A stretch of 63,610 nt of DNA, filler included, from Nitrospinota bacterium (GTDB lineage: Bacteria > JAUXIQ01): assembly GCA_030620925.1 (NCBI GenBank). It is 14 parts of 14 records of this genome, joined end to end, with 100 filler letters (N's around TTAATTAATTAA, not from the genome) between each part and the next. Parts side by side here need not be neighbours in the genome. Positions count along the whole stretch, not along the records: positions 50,678 to 53,223 come from JAUXIQ010000442.1; positions 53,324 to 60,943 come from JAUXIQ010000085.1; positions 61,044 to 63,610 come from JAUXIQ010000438.1; 11 more parts are not named here. One strand, written 5' to 3'. Shown piece by piece: positions 51,933-61,433 of the stretch. Position numbers and translations under genes: made by a program. Numbering within the stretch: the first letter of the stretch is position 1; every line of letters begins with the position of its first letter. The notes beneath the pieces are model-generated. The model made no database searches. It had not been told where the DNA came from and worked only from the letters and a program-made list of their open reading frames with translations.

Positions 51933-52222
51933 GGCTCCCCCTCTCTTTTACCTTTGTCGAGCATCCATCATCGGTTCGCTCTAAAGAGGACGGTTCATTA
52001 TATCCAATAGTTGCGCTGATGGTTATATCTTTTTCTGTTAAAGCCCTTGCATCTTTGGGGTTCAGACTTTTAGTCTGAAATCCCGCTTGACACCTTATTA
52101 TCCCTTTGGATAACCTGTAGTAGATTCCATATTGATGCTCATAGTGGGATAATAGACCATGTCCCAAAAAGACCGATTGCTGCAACTTCAATTTTAATGT
52201 TTGCCATAAAAGGGAGATTGCC

Positions 52223-52981
52223 ATGGCCACTGTAGCAAGTAGTAGCAGGACAGGTCGCCTCGCGGGCGAGCGATTGAATCAGAGCATGCCCGTCGATGCA
52301 CCTCTCTACCAAAGACCCCCCTTCTATTATCGCAACGCCCTGTCGCTGGCTATAACTTACGAGACGGACCCTGACGCGGTACTGGATATCCTGCCGGACT
52401 GTCTGGAGCTGCCGGACGGACCGGCCATCGCGCATTTTGTCGTTCTCGACTATCCGTGGACCACTTTCGGCGCTTACCAGGAGGCATACCTCCGGGTCAA
52501 TTGCCTCTGGCAGGGAGAGCCGCGAGTCTATATGCCCTACATAGTACTGAACACGGAATCACCACTGGCCGCCGGCCGCGAGATATGGGGCATCCCCAAA
52601 AAGCTGGCCGATATCGAAATCCGCCAGGAGCTGGAGCTTTACATAGGGACTGTGGAGAGGCCTTCCGGCAACCGGCTGGCAACTCTTCTGCTCCGGCCGG
52701 AACGTAAGGAAGAGCCTCCGCCCCCGACAGGTTCCCTGTTCCTGCGCGTTATTCCCAGCCCCGAGGAGAACGCTCCACCTTCGCTGTGTGAACTAGTCGA
52801 GCTGTACGGCGGCGACGAGCGTAACTTTAAGGAGTTCTGGCGGGGTAGCGGCTCTCTTGCTTTTGATTCTCCCTCACAGATCGATCCCTGGTACCGGCTG
52901 GAGGTCCGGGAGGTTTTGGCGGCGACCTATAGTGTGTCCGATTTCACCCTGGGATTCGGCCGCATCGTCAAGCGTTTCTGA
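52223..52981 (+). CDS. Acetoacetate decarboxylase family protein
   Basis: Y.TD...V..LP..L, G.Y.E, GREIWGIPKK with the Schiff-base Lys, LR.IP. Confidence 0.9.
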   Translation: MATVASSSRTGRLAGERLNQSMPVDAPLYQRPPFYYRNALSLAITYETDPDAVLDILPDCLELPDGPAIAHFVVLDYPWTTFGAYQEAYLRVNCLWQGEPRVYMPYIVLNTESPLAAGREIWGIPKKLADIEIRQELELYIGTVERPSGNRLATLLLRPERKEEPPPPTGSLFLRVIPSPEENAPPSLCELVELYGGDERNFKEFWRGSGSLAFDSPSQIDPWYRLEVREVLAATYSVSDFTLGFGRIVKRF

Positions 52982-53012
52982 AAACGCGCATCATCAGACC
53001 ACCCGATTTTCA

Positions 53013-53046
53013 TAGGGGGTACGGCTAAAGTCGTGCCCCCTTTTTT
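53013..53046 (+). terminator. Intrinsic terminator
   Basis: GGGGGTACGGCT-AA-AGTCGTGCCCCC followed by TTTTTT. Confidence 0.75.
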
Positions 53047-53456
53047 GTCGATTTATAATTTGTACGTATCCTTGTAACGTCAATTGCAGGGTGTTGTCTC
53101 TTTCTTGACGCACGGTTTGCCGGTTGCCTATCCTTCTTTTATGCAGGCAATCGGGTGGGAAAGGCGGTAAATATGAGTGTAGCCCGGAGCGCGGTGCTGG
53201 TTGGGAAGCGTTATGACAGGATCNNNNNNNNNNNNNNNNNNNNNNNNNNNNNNNNNNNNNNNNNNNNTTAATTAATTAANNNNNNNNNNNNNNNNNNNNN
53301 NNNNNNNNNNNNNNNNNNNNNNNCACGTGAGGCTGAAATGCCGAATGATAGAGTTTAACTTCAACTTGTCATTCTTTCCCATTTGTAACCCATCTCCCCG
53401 CTCTATACACCCATCACCGAAAAGGGACAGGGATTTGGTCGCCGCTCACCATGCCG

Positions 53457-54233
53457 TCAAGAACGAGGAAGTGGAGGCGGTGATGACATACGCGGTATCG
53501 GGGGTGGCGTAACCTTCGGGTGCTTGATGGCATCGAGGTCCTGGTAAATGACGAACATGTATATGGTTATGAATATGTTCAGCAGGGGCTGAATAACCAT
53601 CGCCACTATGTTGGCGTCCACCGCCGGAAGCATGATGTTGGCCTGAATCTGGACCGTGAAAATTATGACGTAGAAGAGTATTAGCCGCCCGAAGACGGGC
53701 CACCAGTAACCACGCACCAACTCTTTGCTTTCCCTGAAGGCTTCCCATCCTCGCAGCCCTTTGTGTATAAGAACGTAAGGGGCAAAAGTGTACCAGATTA
53801 GGAAGATTATCCCCGGCACCACCGCCAGAATGAAGCCCCCGGCAAGTACGAGCCCCATCAAAACCATCACCCAGAACATCGAAAGAGCATAACCCGCCCC
53901 CACCCTGTAGGCTTTTTTCACCGTAATACTATCAGCCTTGTCCATACTGTAGATTAAACCCGACTCTGCTATTAGATAAAAAATAACGTAGGCGATTATC
54001 AGGATGGTAACCGGATAAATGAACTCCAGAATTATCCTGGGGTCGTTTTCTATGGCGTCTTTTTTAGAGAGGAACATTTTAGAATAGAATGCCATGATAA
54101 TGACAAAGGCTAAATATGGCAGACCCGAAATTATAAGGAATTTCCACCATCCGGCGGTGAATATCTTCCATGTTCGGCTGAACTGTTTTTTAATGGGGTC
54201 TAGCTTCAATTTTTCACACCTCACCATGAGCAT
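53457..54233 (-). CDS. Integral membrane protein of unknown function
   Basis: About 6 TM segments; ..VPGI...W..FAPY...KG.RGWEAFRES.ELVRG.WW.VFGR pattern; Pro-rich tail. Confidence 0.8.
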   Translation of the reverse strand: MLMVRCEKLKLDPIKKQFSRTWKIFTAGWWKFLIISGLPYLAFVIIMAFYSKMFLSKKDAIENDPRIILEFIYPVTILIIAYVIFYLIAESGLIYSMDKADSITVKKAYRVGAGYALSMFWVMVLMGLVLAGGFILAVVPGIIFLIWYTFAPYVLIHKGLRGWEAFRESKELVRGYWWPVFGRLILFYVIIFTVQIQANIMLPAVDANIVAMVIQPLLNIFITIYMFVIYQDLDAIKHPKVTPPPIPRMSSPPPLPRS

Positions 54234-54440
54234 ACATCAGCGGAAATCCCTTATATAACTTTCGGTTTTTTAAGGGCTTCTCTTTAGAGCCCGTCCGTGA
54301 TGAGGGGTCGAGATCGAAGGGAGAATTTCCGGCGCAACGTAAATCCAGCTATCGAGAAGTTGATGGTGAAAAGGGTTAAAGAATTTTACTGCGCATCAGA
54401 TCCGGTCGGGAGAAAAAGTGATTAACCAGCGCCTGATGAA

Positions 54441-55772
54441 TCACTCCTCCTTCACCACGCACTTCTCGAACTTGATGCCCTTGGTGGCGATTTCCTCTTC
54501 GCCCACCAGCTCCAGCTCCACGGGGACTTTTAACTCGTCCTGTAGAGCATCCGCCAGCTTTTGCATCAATCCGCGCTCATCCTGCACCGGGAGGTGGGAG
54601 GTGCGGACGATGAGCTTCTCCTGTGGCTGCCTTCTGAATCGCACCAGCTGCAGCCGCTGAAAGGTGGTTTCCTGGAATCTCCACAGCACGTTTTCCACCT
54701 CGTCGGAGAAGATTTGCACTCCCCCCACGTTGGCTGACCAGGCCATGCGCCCCTTGAACTTGAGCCTGACGTGCGTCCGCCCGCAGCCGCATCTCTCTTC
54801 ATCGGCCAGGGCGATATCCTCCATCCTGTACCTTATATAGGGCGTAGCCTGCGCCCACAGGTTGGTGAGGCACAGCTCCCCCAGCTCCCCGGGGCCCACC
54901 GGCTCATGGGTCTCCGGGTGCAGCAGCTCCACGAAGAAAAGGTCTTCAGGGAAGTGATGCTCCAGGGCGTTCTTCTCATAACAGTAATCGCACTCGAAAG
55001 TGGGGACGTACTGATCCCCGGAATGCCCCACCACCCGGTAGGGGACACCCCATGTCTCCTCTACTATCTCCCGCTGGGATGCGGTGGCGTTAATAGCCAT
55101 CCAGGTGAACCGCAGACGGGGGAAATAGTTTTTAGGAATCAAACCGTTCTCTCTTATGTATTTGATGCTCAGCTCGGGCCAGCCTAACGTGATGGCGTCC
55201 ACGTCGGTGTCCGGGCCCATCTGGAAGACGGAAGGCATCATATCAAACGTGCTGTCGGGAATGATGTAGGGGATGATCCCCATCTTGTAATGCCCGCTCA
55301 TAACTCCGTGCACGAAGCCGTGCCACCTGCTGCCCCCCTGCACCATGGAGCGGTCCCCCTTGCGGAAACCCACCCCGTACAGCATACGTGAGAAGGCCTC
55401 CTCCATCCACTTCTTATCCCTCCCGGTAATGCCGAAAATGTTAGGCTTCCCCGTGGTGCCGGTGCTCCGGTTCACCTCCACCAGTTTTTCTATGGGGACA
55501 CAGAGCGTGCCCCCGAACGGGTCGCCCGTTCGCTCCCTCTCGGCGCGCACCTCATCTTTGTCCATGGTGGGCACGTAGTTCTGAAAATCAGCGATGCTCT
55601 TTATTCCGGCCGGGTTCAGGCCCGCCGCCCGGTACTTCTCCCGGAAAAAGGAAGAGTTCCTGTTAACGTGCCGGAGCTGTCGCTTTATGAGTTTCAACTG
55701 AAGCTCCCGCAGTTCCCCCCTGGGCATGGCCTCCGCCTCGGGATTGTACATATCCATTCTTTCAGCCGTCAT
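54441..55772 (-). CDS. Phenylacetate-CoA ligase (PaaK) family protein
   Basis: ELRELQL, STGTTGKP, GELGEL.LT.L...ATP.IRY...D, C.CGRTH; SD GGAGG before MTAERM. Confidence 0.88.
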   Translation of the reverse strand: MTAERMDMYNPEAEAMPRGELRELQLKLIKRQLRHVNRNSSFFREKYRAAGLNPAGIKSIADFQNYVPTMDKDEVRAERERTGDPFGGTLCVPIEKLVEVNRSTGTTGKPNIFGITGRDKKWMEEAFSRMLYGVGFRKGDRSMVQGGSRWHGFVHGVMSGHYKMGIIPYIIPDSTFDMMPSVFQMGPDTDVDAITLGWPELSIKYIRENGLIPKNYFPRLRFTWMAINATASQREIVEETWGVPYRVVGHSGDQYVPTFECDYCYEKNALEHHFPEDLFFVELLHPETHEPVGPGELGELCLTNLWAQATPYIRYRMEDIALADEERCGCGRTHVRLKFKGRMAWSANVGGVQIFSDEVENVLWRFQETTFQRLQLVRFRRQPQEKLIVRTSHLPVQDERGLMQKLADALQDELKVPVELELVGEEEIATKGIKFEKCVVKEE

Positions 55773-55829
55773 TCTCCCTCCTCCGTCGCTCAATACAACC
55801 TGAAAAGTGCCTGGAATGAACAGTGAAGA

Positions 55830-55858
55830 ATGATACCCCCTTACCCGGTCAAAGTCAA
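55830..55858 (-). promoter_or_regulatory. Sigma70-like promoter for the PaaK-like gene
   Basis: TTGACT-N17-TATCAT. Confidence 0.6.
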
Positions 55859-55965
55859 CGCCCTGACAGGTTGTGCATAACGTATTTATGCTTGTGTCGC
55901 GAGGCCGGTGATGATAAAAGGGTTCCGCTGCATAATCTCTTTTATCATTCAGCAAGGAGGTAAAT

Positions 55966-56754
55966 ATGGCTTTAAAGAAGGATGACAGAGAGAAAATCGC
56001 CGGACAGCTTTTCCAGGCCTATGATGCGGGGCGGCTCATCCCTCTGGTGAGCGAAAAACACAAGGGGATGACCATGCGGGATGCCTACCTGGTCCAGTTC
56101 CGACTGGTGGAATTGAAGGAGGAAGCGGGCGGGAAGGTGGTAGGCATGAAGGTGGGGTTCTCCAATCCCCAGATTCAACGGCAGTTCGGGGTGAGTGAAC
56201 CCATGTTCGGGCACCTGGTCAGCCCGCTGAAAGGAATATCGCAGACCAGTGTGCCCTACACGAGTTTCGTACACCCCATGGTGGAGCCGGAAGTGGCCTT
56301 CCTGCTGGGAGAAGACCTCAAGGGCCCCGGGGTAAACGAGGCTTCGGTTATGACCGCCACCGAAGCAATTGTGCCCGCCCTGGAGCTGGTGGACATGAGA
56401 TACCGGAACGCCCGCTTCAAGGCCCCCGACGCAGTGGCCTACAACATCTTCAGCTCCGGAGTGGCGCTGGGCAGTCGCTTCAGCTCACCGCTGGGAATCG
56501 ATTTGAAAACCCTGGGGATGGTCCTGGAGGTGAACGGCGAGGTGGTGGGCACTGCGGCGGGGGCAGCCGTAATGGGTAATCCCGCCCTCTCCCTGGCCTG
56601 GCTGGCCAACAAGCTGGCGCAGTTCGACAGGCAATTATACAAGGGGCAGATAATAATTACCGGCTCCTTTACCGGTGCGCATCCCGTGAATAAGGGTGAC
56701 AGCGTGCGCGCCCAGTTCAGCCAGATAGGGGAAGTCTCGATAAAGTATAGCTGA
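55966..56754 (+). CDS. 2-keto-4-pentenoate hydratase / 4-oxalocrotonate decarboxylase (FAH superfamily)
   Basis: DAY.VQ, G.KVG, EP.FG, VEPEVAF.L..DL.GPGV, ALE.VD.R, GAAVMGNP...AWLAN. Confidence 0.9.
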   Translation: MALKKDDREKIAGQLFQAYDAGRLIPLVSEKHKGMTMRDAYLVQFRLVELKEEAGGKVVGMKVGFSNPQIQRQFGVSEPMFGHLVSPLKGISQTSVPYTSFVHPMVEPEVAFLLGEDLKGPGVNEASVMTATEAIVPALELVDMRYRNARFKAPDAVAYNIFSSGVALGSRFSSPLGIDLKTLGMVLEVNGEVVGTAAGAAVMGNPALSLAWLANKLAQFDRQLYKGQIIITGSFTGAHPVNKGDSVRAQFSQIGEVSIKYS

Positions 56755-56844
56755 CCTCTGAAGATTTAAGCGAAGCCGTCGGTAATCAGGGAGGTGGTGA
56801 ATAAAAGGAGCTCATAAGTACGTCCCGCTGAGCGCGGGAGGATG

Positions 56845-57882
56845 TCAGATCATCTGCTCCATACACTTGATTATGGCTGTCTCCATGTCGCCGTCGAAAT
56901 TCCTCTGCAGACGTTCTACGGCTATGTCCACGTGGGTGCGCGCCTCCTCGTTTTCGCGATCGTCCAGGCGCATGTAATACCCCAGCCTGCGCCCGATTGA
57001 GAAATTGAATTTTTCCTCCTGAGGAAGCTCGAGGTATCTTTCTATTATGCCCAGCAACTCATCCTTGTCTTCGGGAAACTTGCCGTTGAGCTCCATGAGC
57101 AGGTTGAGCATGTGATCGCTGGCGAAGTAGCTGTTGATACCTTCCAGGGTCTGGATAAACAGTTGTTCCTCCCGGATAATCTCCTCGTCGTTGAGTCGCT
57201 CCCACTCTCCTCTCTCCTGTTTATCGTGGATGGGAGTTCCGGGCTTTGCACTCATGGAGCGGATTCTTATGAAATCGGGGTCTATCCGGTTAAGCACGCG
57301 GGCGGTCTCGGTTGCGTGTTCACGCCACCACTTCTTCCCGCCCAGGCCGGGCATGACGTATTCTGAAAGGGTTATTCCCGCTTCCTTTACCCGCTGCCCG
57401 GCGGTGACGTGCTGCTCGGGGGTGCAGCCCTTCTTCACGTATTCCAGCAGCTCGCCGTAGCCGGTCTCGAGCCCCACGTGGATTCGAGATAGCCCCGCGT
57501 CCTTGAGCTCCTTGAGCTCTTCCACGGAGCGTTTGGCCAGGGTGTGAGAGCGCCCGTAGGAGGTTACGCGTTCGATGCCGGGGAAGGTCTCCTTGAGGAA
57601 CTTTATTACTTCCACCAGGTCCTTGGTGCGCATTATCACGCTGTTGGCGTCCTGCAGGAAGGCGGTCTTGACCGCGACGCCGCGCTGGGCGTGGAAGGCT
57701 GCCGCCCTCAATATGTCTTCCTTGATCTCCTCCACGCTGCGCAGCTCAAACTTGGCGCCTTCATAAACGCCGCAGAACTCGCACTTGTTCCACGGGCAAT
57801 TTCTGGTTACCCTTACGAGAAGGCTGTAAGCCTCGCTCGGAGGCCGGATGGGGCCCTGTTCGTAGGGCATAGAAAAACGCAT
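56845..57882 (-). CDS. Radical SAM protein
   Basis: GPIRPPSEA.SLL.RVTRNCPWNKCEFC, FLQDA, IH.G.E.G, SDH..N. Confidence 0.92.
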   Translation of the reverse strand: MRFSMPYEQGPIRPPSEAYSLLVRVTRNCPWNKCEFCGVYEGAKFELRSVEEIKEDILRAAAFHAQRGVAVKTAFLQDANSVIMRTKDLVEVIKFLKETFPGIERVTSYGRSHTLAKRSVEELKELKDAGLSRIHVGLETGYGELLEYVKKGCTPEQHVTAGQRVKEAGITLSEYVMPGLGGKKWWREHATETARVLNRIDPDFIRIRSMSAKPGTPIHDKQERGEWERLNDEEIIREEQLFIQTLEGINSYFASDHMLNLLMELNGKFPEDKDELLGIIERYLELPQEEKFNFSIGRRLGYYMRLDDRENEEARTHVDIAVERLQRNFDGDMETAIIKCMEQMI

Positions 57883-58052
57883 CAGACCCTCCCTCTATTG
57901 CGAAGAAGACAGAGCATAATTACCCTAAATATTCCCGGTGGGCTGTTTCAATAAGAAACCGTAGATGCTAATATAATACAATTTAAGTTGTTTGAAGGCA
58001 AATCTTACTTGAAATCCCCGTACCCGTTTCCGCATGAAAGGAGCCGGACCGA

Positions 58053-59246
58053 ATGAAACTACCTGAGATAGCAGGTAAACTGAAAGGGCTCAGGGGGCCG
58101 GTGGTCATGGAAATGCTGGAGGCGGCCGGACGCATGGAAGAAGAGGGCCGTCCCGTAATTCACCTGGTGCGCGGCGAGCCCGATTTCGACACACCCCATC
58201 ACATCAGGGAAGCGGCAAAAGAGGCCCTGGACCAGGGCTATACGCACTACCCCCCGCTGCGGGGATACCCTGAGCTGCGGGAAGCGGTCGCCGAGAAACT
58301 GGAACGGGAAAACGGCCTGACCGCCGACCCCCATAAAGAGGTGCTCATAACCACGGGGGCCACCACCGGCATGTACACCGCCCTGGCCGCACTTCTCAAC
58401 CCCGGTGACGAAGTGCTTATCCCCGACCCCATCTACGATCCCTTCGCCAACCTCATCCGCTATCTGGACTGCATGCCCGTTTCCATACCCACCGAATGCG
58501 GCGACAACCGTTTCTACCTGGACTTCAAAACGGCTGTGAAACGCCTCTCCTCACGCACCAAGGCGGTGTTGATAAACAACCCCTGGAATCCCACCGGCAC
58601 CGTGATGGACGAAACTGATCTGGAGACGCTGGCCAGCATGGTGCTGGGCAATAATCTTTATTTGATATCCGACGAAATCTACGAGAAGATAGTCTTCTCC
58701 GGGTACCGCCACCTGAGCGTGGCCGCCGTTATCCCGGACATCAAAGATAGGACCATCACCGTAAACAGTTTTTCGAAAACGTATGCCATGACCGGCTGGA
58801 GGATAGGCTACAATGTGGCTCCGGAGCCACTGACCGGGGCAATGCACCGCGTCTACCAGCAGGTAAGCCGGGGGCCGGCCGCCTTCGGGCAGCGGGCGGC
58901 GCTGACCGCCCTGCAGGGACCCCAGGACTGCGTATCCGAAATGCAGAATGAATACCAGGCCCGGCGGGAATTGCTGCTGAACGGACTATCCGCCATGGAG
59001 GGGCTCCAACCGGTAGAGCCTGAGGGCACCTTTTTTACATTTGCACGCATGGAGAAAGGAGACAAGGGTTCCCGTGAGCTGGCCTTATCCATATTGGAAA
59101 AAGCAGGGGTCCTGGTAACCCCGGGCAGCGCCTTCGGTAGCTGCGGGGAAGGCTACCTGAGGTTCTCTTTCGCCCACTCCCGGGAAAACATAGAGCAGGG
59201 CCTCAAGGCCATCGGCGGATATTTGAACTCTTCGATGGGGGATTGA
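58053..59246 (+). CDS. Class I/II PLP aminotransferase (aspartate aminotransferase-like)
   Basis: GEPDFDTP, NNP.NPTG, SDEIYE, SFSKTYAMTGWRIG, PG..FG..GEG.LR. Confidence 0.94.
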   Translation: MKLPEIAGKLKGLRGPVVMEMLEAAGRMEEEGRPVIHLVRGEPDFDTPHHIREAAKEALDQGYTHYPPLRGYPELREAVAEKLERENGLTADPHKEVLITTGATTGMYTALAALLNPGDEVLIPDPIYDPFANLIRYLDCMPVSIPTECGDNRFYLDFKTAVKRLSSRTKAVLINNPWNPTGTVMDETDLETLASMVLGNNLYLISDEIYEKIVFSGYRHLSVAAVIPDIKDRTITVNSFSKTYAMTGWRIGYNVAPEPLTGAMHRVYQQVSRGPAAFGQRAALTALQGPQDCVSEMQNEYQARRELLLNGLSAMEGLQPVEPEGTFFTFARMEKGDKGSRELALSILEKAGVLVTPGSAFGSCGEGYLRFSFAHSRENIEQGLKAIGGYLNSSMGD

Positions 59247-59339
59247 AACAAATATCTTTCCTTTTCCTTGATCGGGGTTAATTTAAGAATTAATATGTCC
59301 TCTCATCCCAATAAAACCCCCTGACCAGATTTCAGTATT

Positions 59340-60943
59340 ATGGAAAAATTGACCCATAGCGAAAAGATAGGCCGAGAGCTTGCCCGCAGGATCAAAGGCG
59401 AGGCGCTGTTCGACGAATTTTCCCGAACCCTCTACAGCACCGCCGCCTGCATATACCAGGTGAAGCCGCTGGGAGTCGTGCTGCCCCGCGACAGGGACGA
59501 CCTGCTGGAGGTGGTTGACTTCGCCCGCCGGGAGGGCATCCCCCTCACCGCCCGGGGTGCCGGTTCCGGCCTCTCCGGCCAGTCCATCGGGCCGGGCATC
59601 ATCGTGGACTTCTCCCGCCACATGAACCGCCTCCTGGAGATAAGCGCCGAGGAATCCCGTGTCCGCTTCGAGCCGGGCCTGGTATGCGGGGTGCTGAACC
59701 TGGCGCTTGGGAAACAGGGCGATTTCTTCCCCCCCGATCCATCCACGTCGGATTACTGCACTCTGGGGGGTATGCTGGGCAACAACTCCTCCGGAGCCCA
59801 TTCGGTCAAGTACGGCAACACCATAGACTACGTTCAAGCCATAGAAGTAGTCCTCTCCGACGGCACTCTCCTCACCCTGGAAGAAGGCAAAGATTCAGAG
59901 GGCGCCGGGAAAGGCATCTACACGCAGCTTACAAGGATCATCGAGGGAAACAGGGAGATAATAGAAGCCGCCTACCCGGACCTGCCCAAAAACTGCAGCG
60001 GCTACCCCCTGGACAGAGTGGAAGAAGAGGGGAGCTTCAACCTGGCCAGGCTTTTTATAGGCTCGGAAGGCACGCTGGGTTTCATCACTTCCGCCACCCT
60101 GAAGGTCATAAAACGCCCCCCATTCCGGTCCCTGGCATTCTTCTATTTCGACAGCCTGGAGAAAGCGGGAGAGGCCGTAATGAAGACGCTGGAGCTCGGG
60201 CCCAGCATGCTGGAAATCATGGACCGCCGCTGCCTGGAAAAAAGCCGCGAAGCGAGGCCCGACCTGGAGCGCTTCTTGCCCGAAGGAGTCGAGGCGCAAC
60301 TGCTCGTGGAGTTCGATGGCAGCGACCGCTCCGCGCCGGCGGGCGATATGGAGACACTATCCGAGCTCCTGTGCGTGAAACATAAGCTGGCCACCGGCAT
60401 GGACAGAGCTGAAAAACCGGAGGAGCAGCAGACATTACTGGATGTACGCAAGGCCATGCTCCCCATCCTGAACCGGCTCAGGGGGCCCAGACGGGTAGCC
60501 TCGTTCATCGAGGACGCAGCCGTTCCCCCCCAACGGCTACCGGAATATATAACCAGTCTATACGAAATCCTGGACAGAAACGGGGCCGAGGCGGCCCTGT
60601 TCGGGCACGCCGGGCAGGGAAACCTGCATACCAGGCCGCTTCTGAACTTAAAGGAGGAAGCCGACATCGCAAGAATGCAGTCCATATCCAGGGAAGTCCA
60701 CAGTCTGGTCATTTCCCTGGGAGGGACGGTGAGCGGCGAACACGGAGACGGCATGGTGCGCTCTGAATACCTGCCCCAGCAGTACGGCCCTGCTTATCAG
60801 CTCATGCGGGAGGTGAAGGGAATCCTCGATCCTCCCGGCATCATGAACCCGGGGAAGATAATAGACGTCCCCCAAGGCAACATGATAAGAAACCTTCGAT
60901 ACGGGCCGGAATCCGAAATTTCCAACACCGATACCATTTTGCA
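59340..60943 (+). CDS. FAD-linked oxidase, GlcD-like with probable C-terminal Fe-S domains (3' truncated)
   Basis: RGAGSGL.GQ, PDPST...CTLGGM..NNSSG, GSEGTLG, FGHAG.GNLH, GEHGDG, MNPGKI. Confidence 0.92.
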
Positions 60944-61135
60944 NNNNNNNNNNNNNNNNNNNNNNNNNNNNNNNNNNNNNNNNNNNNTTAATTAATTAAN
61001 NNNNNNNNNNNNNNNNNNNNNNNNNNNNNNNNNNNNNNNNNNNCCATAAAAAGAAAGCCATCCTGACTTTGCAACATGGGATGGACACCAAGGCGGATCT
61101 CAGGAAATGGGTTGTGGCTAAGTCATTGAAAAGAT

Positions 61136-61213
61136 TGGCGCGCCCGGCAGGATTCGAACCTGCGGCCTACGGATCCGTAGTCCGCCGCTCTATCCAAACT
61201 GAGCTACGGGCGC
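61136..61213 (-). tRNA. tRNA-Arg(ACG)
   Basis: GCGCCCGTAGCTCAG...GCGGA-CTACGGA-TCCGT...GGTTCGAATCC...GGGCGCGCCA. Confidence 0.96.
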
Positions 61214-61241
61214 GCACTTTTTATACTATATATATTGTTGG

Positions 61242-61334
61242 TGGCGGAGAGGGTGGGATTCGAACCCACGAGAGACTTTTCAGCCTCTACTCGCTTAGCA
61301 GGCGAGCGCCTTCGGCCAACTCGGCCACCTCTCC
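61242..61334 (-). tRNA. tRNA-Ser(GCT)
   Basis: GGAGAGGTGGCCGAG...CTCGC-CTGCTAA-GCGAG, long variable arm, ...CTCTCCGCCA. Confidence 0.96.
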
Positions 61335-61433
61335 ACGACGAACAATAATATAATAGGTCAATCCCTTGCCACCGTCCACAACAAATATAAAAGGCGGCTT
61401 CTGCTCCTTCCAGCAGTCCCTTCGGGGGGTCGC

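Noticed and set aside
59340-60943. Joining the truncated GlcD-like gene with the truncated GlcF-like gene at 2107-3353
   Set aside because: They are on different contigs with no overlapping sequence, so no link can be shown.
3354-61043. Recurring TTAATTAATTAA motif, and ORFs ending in X...LIN
   Set aside because: Artificial scaffolding linker; ORFs crossing it and gene adjacency across it are not biological.
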